The translations under genes were made by a program, and so were the position numbers. DNA of 64,000 nucleotides from Macrostomum hystrix. Lineage: Eukaryota; Animalia; Platyhelminthes. Below are positions 48,005-59,631 of the stretch, in pieces. Below the pieces are notes generated by a model. That model saw only the letters and a program-made list of their open reading frames with translations. It did no database searches and had not been told where the DNA came from. Position 1 is the stretch's first letter; each line of letters begins with the position of its first letter. The stretch spans positions 5,332,001 to 5,396,000 of the forward strand of contig CATNEN010000029.1 of NCBI GenBank assembly GCA_950097015.1. The letters run 5' to 3'.

Positions 48005-49020
48005 TCAGGTAGCGGCTGATTCATGGCTCAGGTAGCGGCTGAATGATGGCTCAGGTAGCGGCTGAAATGATGGCTCAGGTAGCGGCTGATTCATGGCTCA
48101 GGTAGCGGCTGAATGATGGCTCAGGTAGCGGCTGAAATGATGGCTCAGGTAGCGGCTGATTCATGGCTCAGGTAGCGGCTGAATGATGGCTCAGGTAGCG
48201 GCTGAATGATGGCTCAGGTAGCGGCTGAATGATGGCTCAGGTAGCGGCTGATTCATGGCTCAGGTAGCGGCTGAATGATGGCTCAGGTAGCGGCTGAATG
48301 ATGGCTCAGGTAGCGGCTGAATGATGGCTCAGGTAGCGGCTGAATGATGGCTCAGGTAGCGGCTGAATGATGGCTCAGGTAGCGGCTGAATGATGGCTCA
48401 GGTAGCGGCTGAATGATGGCTCAGGTAGCGGCTGAATGATGGCTCAGTAGCGGCTGAATGATGGCTCAGGTAGCGGCTGAATGATGGCTCAGGTAGCGGC
48501 TGATTCATGGCTCAGGTAGCGGCTGAATGATGGCTCAGGTAGCGGCTGAATGATGGCTCAGGTAGCGGCTGAATGATGGCTCAGGTAGCGGCTGAATGAT
48601 GGCTCAGGTAGCGGCTGAATGATGGCTCAGGTAGCGGCTGAATGATGGCTCAGGTAGCGGCTGAATGATGGCTCAGTAGCGGCTGAATGATGGCTCAGGT
48701 AGCGGCTGAATGATGGCTCAGGTAGCGGCTGAATGATGGCTCAGTTAGCGGCTGAATGATGGCTCAGTAGCGGCTGAATGATGGCTCAGGTAGCTGCTGA
48801 ATGATGGCTCAGGTAGCGGCTGAATGATGGCTCAGGTAGCTGCTGAATGATGGCTCAGGTAGCTGCTGAATGATGGCTCAGGTAGCGGCTGAATGATGGC
48901 TCAGGTAACGGCTGAATGTCGGCTCAGGTAGCGGCTGAATGATGGCTCAGGTAGCGGCTGAATGATGGCTCAGTAGCGGCTGAATGATGGCTCAGGTAGC
49001 GGCTGAATGTCGGCTCAGGT
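48005..49020. repeat. Minisatellite, 23 bp GGCTCAGGTAGCGGCTGAATGAT
   Basis: About 44 copies. Confidence 0.95.
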
Positions 49021-50901
49021 ATTGACCATTTTTCGCTCTCAAGCCTGTCATTTTTTATGATGCACTTCAGGTTCTCATAAAAGTGTTGTTTGTAATTCAG
49101 GAAATTTAAAGGAAAAGTCGTTTTGAAGCCGTTAGACAAAAATCAACAAAAAATCTTTAAATTGCTACTTCCAGCAGCAAGTTTCGCAAACAGTACGTTC
49201 TTTGTCGTCTGAAATTTAGACAAATTTGAAGCAAATTCTAGAATAATCTATATAAAGTCTGTGGACACCTTCAGGATCCACTAAGATGCAGTCTGTTTAA
49301 ATTTTCAGCAACCCACTCCTAAAAGGTCTGTGGACACATTAACCCTTAACTGACTTGTGAGTATAAGCTAGTAAAATAGTTTTTTAAATAACTAAACTGA
49401 AAAAGAGCATTCACTAGCAAGTGGCTGCGATTTTCGTGGCACTAACTATCTAAAAGAAGGCTTAATCGGATTGCGGTATCACCTGCTGATTGAAGCTCCT
49501 TATTTCGCTGACAAAACTACTCGAAGTAGAACTGGAGAAAATTGAGCTTCGGCAGCTCTGTTGAACGAACCCGGATCCAATAACAAAGACGAGAGTTGCC
49601 TTTTGATCTTGCAATGCTTTGGCAAAAAGCTGTCTTTTGAACGAAGCGCGTGACATGATTTGACCTTGAAGTCAGTCACCAGACCTGAGTAAACATTTCC
49701 TTGAGAACAGTCGAAAATATGAGCCCGGATGAGTTCGACTGAGCAAATGTGAAAACTCTGAACTCAGTAGCTCAGCACGCAACACATGCCATTTTTATCC
49801 TCTTTAAAGGTTTGCAAGAAGACACACCTTAGAGGTTCGGTGGTTTGTGCAACTCACACCAACCAGGGCCAACCTGGCTGCAAATTTTATATTATATTGT
49901 TGTACCTGTGGTAGCGTGGCACACACAATTGGCAAATAACCAAGACAGGAACTAGATTCCGAGAGAGAGAGTATCCGGCCTCACACTCAGATGCTTCCTA
50001 GCAGAAGAACAATCCGGTAGTCAGGCTTAGACAGCTAAGTTCTCTCGTGACTTCTTCTACCTAGTCCACGTTCTAGCTAAACTCACAGATCTTATGCTAG
50101 ATCGGGTGACACACCAAGCTTCTAAATGCAGTGTGTGACCTAGACCAACAAGAATTGTCTAAGATCTTTAGAGAGCCAAAAGAATGGACACAGAAAGTAA
50201 TCACAAACTGTTCCGAGCGGCATGAAGACTGGAGACAAGAAACGTGCATATTCGTACAGAAGTTGTGTTTACCATGGCACTAACACCCTCTCAAGGATTC
50301 GTCGGACTGTGCTCTACTCATAGTAGGAGCATTTGAGCGATGTTATGCCAGTCTTCTTCCGAACTTAAGCGATTGCACCATGGTGTGCAATATGACTCAG
50401 TGCGCAGACAGAGCTGGAAAGAGAGAGACAGCGGAAGGGGGGGTGGCGAGCGGAAGTGACAGTGCACGGGGAACACTAACTACCAACCCTAGCCCTCCCA
50501 CAGACCTAGAACAGCCTGACTCTCAGATTGCCTGGAGGCTGCTCAGCAGTCTACAGCACATCAATATTATGGATAGTTGTCTGTGAGTATTTTTCTGTTC
50601 GTAATGTTCGCCGTGCGCCTGGATAATGTGAATCTGAAATTAGTCCACAAAATTACTCTAAAGCTGAAATAAAAAAATAAGGGACATTGCTGAAACTCAA
50701 TTTGCTTTCTAGGCTGCTCAGTGGACACAACCAGTATACATACTCGTAGATGAGCATGCTCACAGGAGAGCTATATTATCAGCGCATCTGTAACATTCCT
50801 ACATTAGAGTACATAAGACTACAAGCAATACGACTGCATTTCAATCATCAGTTTATGAATAGAAAAAACTCTGTGCACTTTACACATACTCAACGTGCTC
50901 A

Positions 50902-52781
50902 TCATAGTACCGGGGGTACCTCAGCCACTGGTTTCTGCCTCGACTGTCCAGACCTAGTGCCGCCTCCGGTGGCCCGCAGCCTCAGTGGCAGCTGGCTTCG
51001 GCGACGCAGCCGGAGCCGGAGGAGACGCCTGCAGACGGTCTGGCGGAATGAGCGCAGCGCGAAGCAGTAGAGCACAAAGTTCAGACTGAAGCCCAGGCAC
51101 TGCATGCAGTTGGTGACGGCCTCCACAGATTTGTAGTCGGCGTTGGACTCCAGACTCTCAGCCTGTTCTCCAGATTGGCCGGCGCGAAGTAGCGAGTAGA
51201 GCTTCAAGGTCTCGCTGGGCGCCACCAGGACTAAGAAGGTGATAACTATGCACACCAGCGTGATGGTTATAGTCACTCCAGGGTGACTGTCCGCTACGAA
51301 AGGGTGAGTACAGGTGAGTAAGTCAGGCATATTATTTGCAGAAGAACTATGGGCACTGAAATTTAGTGGCATTAGACCCACAGCCAGAGATAGGCAATTC
51401 TGCATTCCGCTGACTCCTCAGCGAATATGACGTGCGCAGTCATATCCTCTCTTCCCAAACCCACTCTCCAGCCCCACCGCCAAACGCATGGCGGCTGTCA
51501 CCGAGCTGCAGAATTTCCGCTTTGCGGTTTTGCAGTCAATTTATCGATCGGCTGTCTATTAGGGAAACCCTTCTTGCAACTCGGCGGCCCCTGCGAAAAT
51601 GAGTTGACAAAAATTCAACTCGCGAAGCAGAAATGCAATGCTCCGCACCGATCGCAGGTGTCGAGCGCAGTTCTGTGGCCGCCTAAGCTTTAACAGGCGT
51701 GCCAAGCGAGTAAACCTCGCTGTACAAGTCTGCATCTCAGATTTATTTTTGACGGGACTGGAAAGTGAACGTAAACCCCGTTTTAAGACACCCATTGAAT
51801 GCGAAAGACAGCTTGTTAGCTTGTGATAAGTCCGACGATGAATGAGGCAAGGCCTCATTAACCCCAATTAATGAAAGGGAGTATACAGTCTGGCGATAAA
51901 GAAGAAATCTGGTTTCTCAGGCGATCAGAATTGCCCCCACAATGGTTTTGGATCGACAAGTCACCAAGCGCCCGGTTCCTCATCCTTGCCTGCGGGGCTA
52001 GTCGAACTGCTGCCGCGGAATCGGTTTGCTTCCGCCGCCGCCGCCCCTGTTGTTGGTGAGCCGGCGCCGATTTGCAATGGCTCGGCGAACGCTGAGCAGC
52101 AGGCGGGCGTTGCAGTACACCAGCACAATTAGCGGCAACACGTTCCCGGCTAGGGCCCACATCACCCGATAGGCTGTGTCCACCTTTGGGCTGACAATTG
52201 CCACGGCCTCGGTGGCGTTAGAGCAGCTGCCATTCGGTCCCGGAGTCGCCCAGGCGGGCTAGGCAGCGTCGAGAGTGCGACGCCCTCAGCATCGGCAAGT
52301 TGAACACCGCGGCGAAGACAAAGGCGCCTGTGATGGCCATCCGGCCGCGCCGGCCGTCCACGGGGCCTCGACCGGATCGAGCCTGCAGTGGTTGGCAGAC
52401 GGCCAGGCAGCGTTGAACTGCCAGCGCCACAGTGAGCAGCGTGGATGACATTATGAAGGTGCTGATGACAGCCGGTGCGGCCAAGTGATAGTAGTACCCG
52501 AACCCGCGACTAGCCGACAGCCGGCCGACCAGTCCAGTGGGCAGAACGCACAGGCTGAACAGGAGGTCGCTGACGGCCAGGGCCACAAGGCCCAGCTTGG
52601 CGCTGCGGGAGCCCAGCGAGTTGCGCATGGCAGGGTCGGTCAGGCCCAGGAGGCTCAGCGCGTTGCCAATGATGCCAAGCAGCGAGAGGGGCAGCGTCAG
52701 GCGCTCGCTGGCTGCCACCAGGTTTGATGAGGTGCCAGCCTGCCTGGACAGGCACAGGCCCACCGCAGTGGTGTTGTTCAT
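50902..52781 (-). pseudogene. Rhodopsin-class peptide GPCR (FMRFamide-receptor-like), reading frame disrupted twice; pseudogene or assembly error
   Basis: TM1 GIIGN, TM2 LAVSD, TM3 QRCLAVCQPL and TM4 FNLP lie in ORF 52218-52781. TM5 AYRVMWALAGNVLPLIVLVYCN is in a different frame (shift near 52260), followed by TAG at 51998. TM6-TM7 (LVCIVITFLVLVAP; LNFVLYC) are in exon 50902-51293. Confidence 0.75.
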
Positions 52782-55700
52782 GTTTTTCTTTACTCAGTTG
52801 GCCTGCTGACAATCAGAAAACTCGTTGTGGCAGACTACGCTATCAGAGCAGGTATATAATCAGCGCCCAAGCCAATCAGAGCGGAACGCTAACGCTGGAA
52901 TCGGCTGTTCAATCACTTGAAAGAGAAAACTTGGGCAATCGTTGATATTGAAAGACAATTGCTGGACAGCTTCCGTGTTCTAGTGTTGCACAAAGGCGCT
53001 GTGTGTCTGGTATTTTTTTATTTTCTCGCTTATGACACACCTCGCGGACAGGGTTTGCCTTTCATCCTCTCAGTTTGCACAGAGGATATGTCCGCTTTAG
53101 AATGGCATTTTGTAGTACAGAGTCAACCAAACCTCCCATAGGTGGGACATTGTTTTATTAGGTATTTTGCGGAGTCCAACTCTGCGAAACCCGAGCGACT
53201 CAAAGCGAGTCTTTTGGGAATTTCCGGTGTTGGATTTCTATCAGCTTGCGACTGCGCCATACTCGTGGCTAGCACTGCTGACAAATGTTTGCAACGTTGG
53301 CAAAATAATAATTTGTAGCATATACCTGCTTTCATAGGTAAAAACTCGGCAGTGATTAAGTACCCCCAAACCAGAAATAAAAGCTGAGGCTTGCGAATGA
53401 CTGCTATTTTAATAATCCGAATCGAACGAATCTAAATAAACAAGTATCTAACTTATACGAATATCTCGGCATTTATCACTGGAACCAATAAAAGCATTGC
53501 AAACTACCAAAGAAATTTTATGTTCCGGGTGTGAAGTTGCATCGTCAGCTGACCCAGTTCATCGTAAATTCCCATATCGCTTACTCGTAGTTTTAAAAAA
53601 ATCTTTTGATTATATAGCTTAGTTGGTAGTCAAGCAAATTGAAATTACTTGTACATGCACTATGTGAGACTGAGGTACTTTATACCTGGCGGACGTAATT
53701 ACCTGTGCAAAAATGCACATTTTTATCGTTGCGAGGTCGTCAGCGAGGCACCGAGAGGCGATGAATCAACTTGCCTATATGGAGCTTCGGACGAAGCAGC
53801 TAGATGTTGTGTTTAGTAGAAACAGTGCAGCATTCTTGTAGTCTTAAGCGCGGAAAACTAAAGCCAATTTATGCCTGTAGAAAACATAGTTTAAAAGCGT
53901 GTGTTCCATACTACTGTACAAGCCGTCAGACATCGACTTTTGCACCATATACTTTTTTGCCGTTGTGAGGAAATCTTGTGTCCTAACTTAAAATAGCAAC
54001 AATAAAAACTAACGAAAGATTAAGGCTGTTAGGTTGTGCCAATTAAAAAGCGAAACATAGAGAATTCTATGTTCCAGGACTCGAAGCCTCGAATCCACAA
54101 AAAAGATGCCAGCAGCTGTATGCATATCAACCCACACAGTCCATATGGAGAATTCAGGGGAATGATCACTTATAAATTTAGTAGCAACATGCCATAAATT
54201 CGAAGAAGTAAAGCATAAAATTAACTAGTATAGAGTCTCGTAAGCTAATATTTGTTGTTGACCTTTACAATTGCTGTAATGTATGAGAGGTGTTTCGCCC
54301 ACTTTTAAAACAATACATATGTTTAATATGCATGATTCATATAAAGCTGTTCAGCATCTTGAATACACCAGTCACGATGAATGCCTCCTAAAGAATTCAT
54401 GTCTGTTTTCATTTTATGCCTTCCAAAGTGCCAATAAGTTTGTGCTGTTAGAGCTAGTGATGTGTGCAAAAACGGTTATTAGCAACTACAAATTGCGTAT
54501 TACTCGTATAAAGCCATTGCAGAAATTCGTTCAATTAACGTACGGCGTTTTTATCCTGCGGTTAGTTACTTAATTGTCGCTAGTTAAATTATTAATGTAT
54601 ATTAAATTTTACTTTTCAAGGACCACTAGTAGTTAGCAGTTAGTCTACTTTAGATGCCCATCACGGTTGTAACGTTTTTCTAGCACGCCAAAGTAAGAGT
54701 TAAACAAAACTAGCATATTTATGCATAATATTTTGATGCTGAAAGCAAAAACTAAAACAAAACGTGTAGCAAAGGATTTAATATTTCTAAAAATATTCAA
54801 TACATTAAGACAGTAGAATCGTAACTAACGGAGAGACTGTGAACACATTTGATTATAATTCTAAACTATTTTTTGTTAGTTTGGAACCTGCCAACCTTGC
54901 TTGCTGACAGTCAGATGTTCAAATTTTGTGTGCTCTAATCAAGATGTTTATTTGTGGATGCCGATCTAAAGATATCTATTTAGTTTAATTTAATTTTGCA
55001 TCATAATTTCGCTTGTCACTTACAATGCCATTGTTGTTTTGCTATGTTATTAGATCATTGAAAAAAGTATGACTATGTAAATATTTTCTTTAAACGATTC
55101 TTCGCAACTACTGAATTACTTAACGCTTAGGATTATAGAGTAATGCAAATGAACTGTTTAGGCAATTACTGTTCCTTAGCTTTTTAAGTATGTGCTATTC
55201 AAAAAAAAGTTTTTTAACTGTTGTCCTTATTTTTAACTTCAAAATGCTTGAATACATGGTTGATTTCTGTACAATACAGTAGTAATTTGTTGCACATTTT
55301 TAAGGAAACTATAAAAAGTTTTTATCAAACTTACTAACCCCTAGCCCAATAATCAACAAATGGTCGTCTATTATTACATTAAAAACGAAGTAAATCTAGG
55401 ATGCAGTAATATTTTTCATATTGATTAGGAAATTATAGTAGCAAAGCTACCAAAATTCGTGTTTTCTTGCACAGTACTCCGAAGGATTTTCTATTTCATT
55501 AGTTTTATTCTTATTTTAAACTGCTGAAGATAAGTAGAACCGAAATGTTATGATAATAGTAATAATAAGCAAAAAGGGGTAGGAAATTAAATCATGACTA
55601 TGAACAGTATGACTATAACTGTTGCTATCGTTTTCGTGCACAACTATTGCTTCGCACCCCTAAAATTGATATTCGTAAAGAGCCTACGGTATCAGGTATG

Positions 55701-55870
55701 CAGTAGTATCTGTACAGCCTGAAATATATGTAATATCTACTAGAAGTACATTTCAGAAGTATTTTCTATTAATCTTCTATTATCTTCTAGTAGTTGATGA
55801 TCTTCTATTAATCAACTACTTTTACTACTACTACTAAATTTGCAATAACCACAATGTCCTTGCAGCAAGA

Positions 55871-58000
55871 ATGACCGATGCAAAAGAATATATTTCGAAG
55901 CGTGAGATACCGCAGCTATTCGAGGTATTTTCTAAGCAGTTTGACTGAAAATCTCTGTAGTCTGTCATTTATGAACTCATTTGAATCACTGCAGCCTCAG
56001 TCCTTACACCATGCAGTGCCTGATGACGGCGCTGATGTACCACCGGCCAGCTGACCACCTCAGCTTCATCCAAGAATGCGTCGAGCGGGTCAAAGTGCAC
56101 GGCATCTCCAACGTCCGCTGGGACATGTTCCTGCAGGACGAGGCCGATGGTCGAGGCGGCCGTCAACTGCCTCCCGTCACGCCACCGGCATCGAGTCGAG
56201 CCTCCAGTCGAGGTGAGAAACAATTAACTAACGATTTTAACTGATCGCGCTAATCCATTCCATTGCTTCGGTCCACTAACTCAGCTGGCTCCAGGGCCGA
56301 GTTTGTCGACAAGGCCCGGCCGCCGCTGCCGCCGATTGGCACCGTTACAGCCGCTGAAGTTGCGGATGACCAACCAACAGCTTCGAAGAGCGCTGAAACT
56401 TGCAAGACGATGACGGAACAGTCGCAGCAGCAGCAAGGCACTACGGAGAAGCCAAAGCTGCGCGTCCCCCTGACCTACCCGTTAGTCCTGGTGATCGGCG
56501 GGCCCGGCAGCGGGCGGCGTCGGGTTTGTCGCGAGCTGGCTCGGCGCTACAACTTCCAGTCCATCTGCTACGGCCAACTGGCGCGTGGCGGAGCGCCGCC
56601 TGACGAGTTGTCGGACTCGGCTGGGTTCGCCCTCCTGACTGACGCGCTACTGGCACTGCCTGCCGACTGCCGGGGTGTCTTCGTTGAAGGATTTCCGTGC
56701 AACCCGGAACAACTTGGAGAGTTCCTGCTGCAGGTGACTGACTGACTGACTGACTGACTGACTGACTGACTGACTGACTGACTGACTGACTGACTCCCTC
56801 CATCCTCAGGTGCAACGCATTGACTGCGCGCTGCTGCTGGACTTTCACGAGGCGACTCTGCGGAAGCGCCTCGGAAATCGAAGCCGGCCAGCCGAGCAGA
56901 TCGACGCCCTGTTGGAGCAGTTCAGGTCGGCCACCCTCCCGGTTTGCCGTTACCTTGACGACGAAAACAAGCTGCTGTTGCTGCCGATCGACGCCGAGCC
57001 GGCTAGCGGAGGCTTAAGCGACGACATCACGACGTTGGCAACGGACGCGGTGGCCCTGCTCGAACAGGTGCTCGGAGCGCCGGAAAACGAGCCGAAGTCG
57101 TCGAAAGCGTCTCCCGCTGCTCCGGAGGCGCCGCCGGCCGTTGGGCCGCAGCTGTTCATCCGGACGCTGGACTTCGACATCGAGTCGGCTTCAGCATCGG
57201 CGGAGCGGGACGCGGACCTGCCCGCCTGCCCCATCCTGATGCTGTTCGGCGGGCCTGGCAGTCGCCGCTCCGTTCTCGCCCGACAGCTTGTCGCTGCCTT
57301 CGACGGCTTCGTGTTAGTCGACGCGCGCGATGCTCTAGGCGTGGCGGGCGAGGCCGACAGTCGGCCAGACGGTCCAATTGAAGCGGAGGCGCTTTGCCGC
57401 CTGCTTCGCTCGCCGGCTTTGAAAGCCGCCCGCTGCGTCCTGCTCGAAGGCTATCCGACCTGCGAAGCCGACCTGCGCGAAGCCTTCGCGCGGCTCGGCC
57501 GGCCAGACCTCGCCGTCCTGGTCGACTGCGGCGAGGCCGACATGCTGAGCAGGCTGACGGCGCTGCCCCGTGAGGCGGTGGCGGCCAGGATGCACTACTT
57601 CAAGGAGGAGACTCTGCCTGTTGTTCGCAGCCTGGACAGCGTTGGAAAGCTCAGCGTGGTAAGCGTCTGTTGCTGCTGTTGCTGCTCCTGACTGACTTAC
57701 AGATGGCAGCTCAAATTTTAAATTTTAAATTATTTCAAAAATAATTAGCGAAATAATTATTCTTCATCCCCATGTGCATCAGCATCAGCTGGGGTAGACA
57801 TTGAGTGGCATCTGCGCTCCCCTCCGGTCCATGGACTGAACAGCTGTAAACCTCTGGCCCAAGTAAATTATCTTCTCAGCTCACCCCGCAATTAACTCAT
57901 TCAGATTGACGGCGACAGGGATGAAGACAGTGTCCTGGGCGACTTGAGGGCTCTGGTGAACTTCGTCATTTTCAACCACACTGGTCAACAGGGCCCCTGA
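55871..58000 (+). CDS. Adenylate kinase 5-like protein (N-terminal RIIa-type dimerisation/docking domain plus two AK-fold domains), ~547 aa, degenerate P-loops
   Basis: Exons 55871-55924, 56017-56212, 56285-56733, 56810-57658, 57905-58000 (1644 nt, phases consistent). N-terminus MTDAKEYISKREIPQLFECLMTALMYHRPADH closely resembles the AK5 N-terminus from recall. AK motifs: GGPGSG, FVEGFP, LLEGYP, DC.E..M..RL, Y.EETLPV, IDGDRDED. Confidence 0.88.
56736..56795. repeat. (GACT)15 microsatellite forming most of a 76-nt intron
   Basis: Intron 56734-56809 = GT + (GACT)15 + CCCTCCATCCTCAG. Confidence 0.95.
57770..57865 (+). mobile_element. SINE family A 3' fragment
   Basis: CAGCATCAGCTGGG...GTCCATGGACTGAACAGCTGTA...CTGGCCC matches the copy at 10956. 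Confidence 0.55.
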
Positions 58001-58009
58001 TTTGTGAGG

Positions 58010-58300
58010 GTGAGTCATGAGCCATTGTGCCTCCTGATTCGTGAGTCATGAACCATTGTGCCTCCTGGTTTGTGAGTCATGAACCATTGTGCCTCCTGAT
58101 TCGTGAGTCATGAACCATTGTGCCTCCTGATTCGTGAGTCATGAGCCATTGTGCCTCCTGATTCGTGAGTCATGAGCCATTGCGCCTCCTGATTCGTGAG
58201 TCATGAGCCATTGTGCCTCCTGATTCGTGAGTCATGAACCATTGTGCCTCCTGATTCGTGAGTCATGAACCATTGTGCCTCCTGGTTTGTGAGTCATGAA
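58010..58300. repeat. 31 bp repeat with ten GTGAGTCA starts, beginning at a 3' UTR splice donor of the AK5-like gene
   Basis: Units start at 58010, 58041, 58072 ... 58289; strong acceptor TTTTTTTTTCTCGCAG ends at 58355. Confidence 0.9.
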
Positions 58301-58717
58301 CGATTAAACTTTATACGAGCTATAATATTAAGTATATAATTTTTTTTTCTCGCAGACTCAGCCATCCAAAAGTTGCAACAATCGCTACTGGAAGTACGCA
58401 GTACCTCGTTAAGTGAAGGAGCGAACTACAAGCCATGACAACCCGACAGCAGACAACTTATTCCGAACCATTGCCTAAATTTTTTTTTTCTTGTTGTCAA
58501 AGCAGAGAAAATATTTGATCAATTTAGCTTTCCATGTCTATTTTTGTACTTTTTTACTGCGGATGTCAAGATACAGACATATACTTGTATTTTGATCCTA
58601 TTTATCAGTGAATTAGCGAATTTTCTTGATTCAGCGCCTAGCTTTTACTTGATTATTTTAGTTTTTTTGTTTTATGAGTATCTAAGTTTAAATTAGTTGC
58701 TGCTGGCTCGTCTGGCT

Positions 58718-59250
58718 ATAACAGGATAGATCTGGCCAAATATCTAACAGGATAGATCTGGCCAATATCTAACAGGATAGATCTGGCCAATATCTAACAG
58801 GATAGATCTGGCCAATATCTAACAGGATAGATCTGGCCAATATCTAACAGGTTCGATCTGGCCAAATATCTAACAGGATAGATCTGGCCAAATATCTAAC
58901 AGGATAGATCTGGCCAAATATCTAACAGGATAGATCTGGCCAAATATCTAACAGGATAGATCTGGCCAAATATCTAACAGGATAGATCTGGCCAAATATC
59001 TAACAGGATAGATCTGGCCAAATATCTAACAGGATAGATCTGGCCAATATCTAACAGGATAGATCTGGCCAAATATCTAACAGGTTCGATCTGGCCAAAT
59101 ATCTAACAGGATAGATCTGGCCAAATATCTAACAGGTTCGATCTGGCCAAATATCTAACAGGATAGATCTGGCCAAATATCTAACAGGTTCGATCTGGCC
59201 AAATATCTAACAAGTTCGATCTGGCCAAATATCTAACAGGTTCGATCTGG
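58718..59250. repeat. Minisatellite, 25/26 bp AACAGGATAGATCTGGCCAAATATCT
   Basis: About 20 copies. Confidence 0.95.
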
Positions 59251-59631
59251 AAACATATGCAGTTAAGAGGAGCTCTTTAATTTTTCGTGTTACATTTTAA
59301 GAGGCGCTGTTGGCATCAAACTCGCACAGTTGTGCCTCGAGCGTGCGCCTTATTTATATCACTGATTATTGCATTATCCAATTCAAGCTGTGATTTTCTT
59401 GCAGATGCTTCTAATCTAATGACAGATATAAAATATTTTAGTCTGTACACCTGTTCTCGCAACCCTTTCTTGCGTGTTTCGATACTGATTTTATTGAAAA
59501 TATAATAAAACAGTAACGATGATTTAGTTTTACCATTGCTATATTGTTGACAGATTGGAATCACTTTTGGATCTTTTAAAGCTAAAAATTATTTGCACCT
59601 TTTCTCTTAGCCGTATAGGCACTACAGTAAA

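Noticed and set aside
49888-50560. Solo LTR (TGT...ACA ends)
   Set aside because: Terminal inverted match is weak, flanks give no matching TSD, and there is no second copy or PBS/PPT.
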